From positions 1,612,001-1,676,000 of the forward strand of contig OZ037833.1 of the NCBI GenBank assembly GCA_964035575.1: 64,000 nucleotides of DNA, in the 5' to 3' direction. Below the pieces are notes generated by a model. That model was given only the letters and a program-made list of their open reading frames with translations. It searched no databases and was not told the origin of the DNA. Each line of letters opens with the position of its first letter. The first letter of the stretch is position 1. The stretch is from Rhynchopus sp. YZ270_cl-10. Lineage: Eukaryota. Shown piece after piece: positions 63,831 to 64,000 of the stretch. The position numbers and the translations under genes were made by a program.

Positions 63831-64000
63831 TATTCTTTTGATGTGTCGTGTTCCTTTTGGGTGGTGTGAGAAAATATATCATTAGGCACAATGTGCGGCA
63901 GGGGGAGAGGGTGCTTTTTGTATCAACAATCGCCCACAGTGTTCTGTACTCAATGTCGCCATTATGCGAGGATACTTTCACGGCATCTTCCCCCCCTCCT

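Larger units (their letters stand above)
16450..63962 (-). repeat. Dispersed structured repeat family 4 (~58 nt)
   Basis: TGTCGACAATCACCTGTTA.TGCAGGATCTGTAC.CAATG.CGCC.GAAGG.TATTGTA at 42501-42559 and 56561-56619. Diverged copies at ~16450-16499 (intronic) and ~63925-63962. Confidence 0.85.

Overview
Eukaryotic nuclear DNA, most likely euglenozoan and diplonemid-like (inferred from gene organisation and protein content, not from a database match). About 22 protein-coding genes all lie on the minus strand, forming one directional, polycistron-like cluster. There are 12 short GT-AG introns, and C/T-rich tracts precede many start codons. Recognisable products: tandem-domain AMP deaminase, RSL1D1/Cic1, SMP-C2 synaptotagmin-like protein, degenerate kinesin, M23 peptidase, TAF12-like protein, Hsp70-like protein, acylated LRR protein, Tim22, a FolB-FolK-(degenerate FolP) fusion, and Trm82/WDR4. 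Mobile DNA: a 5'-truncated LINE (1-~2512), a 3.05-kb element with long inverted termini, 8-bp flanking direct repeats and a tyrosine-recombinase-like remnant (6873-9921), and a tiny TIR element present twice. The most striking unexplained signal is a dense set of several dozen 30-60-nt hairpin elements in intergenic DNA and introns. They fall into at least five sequence families and are almost all in one orientation. They fold best on the transcribed strand. The main family keeps the loop ACGAGAG while its stem sequence varies with compensatory changes.
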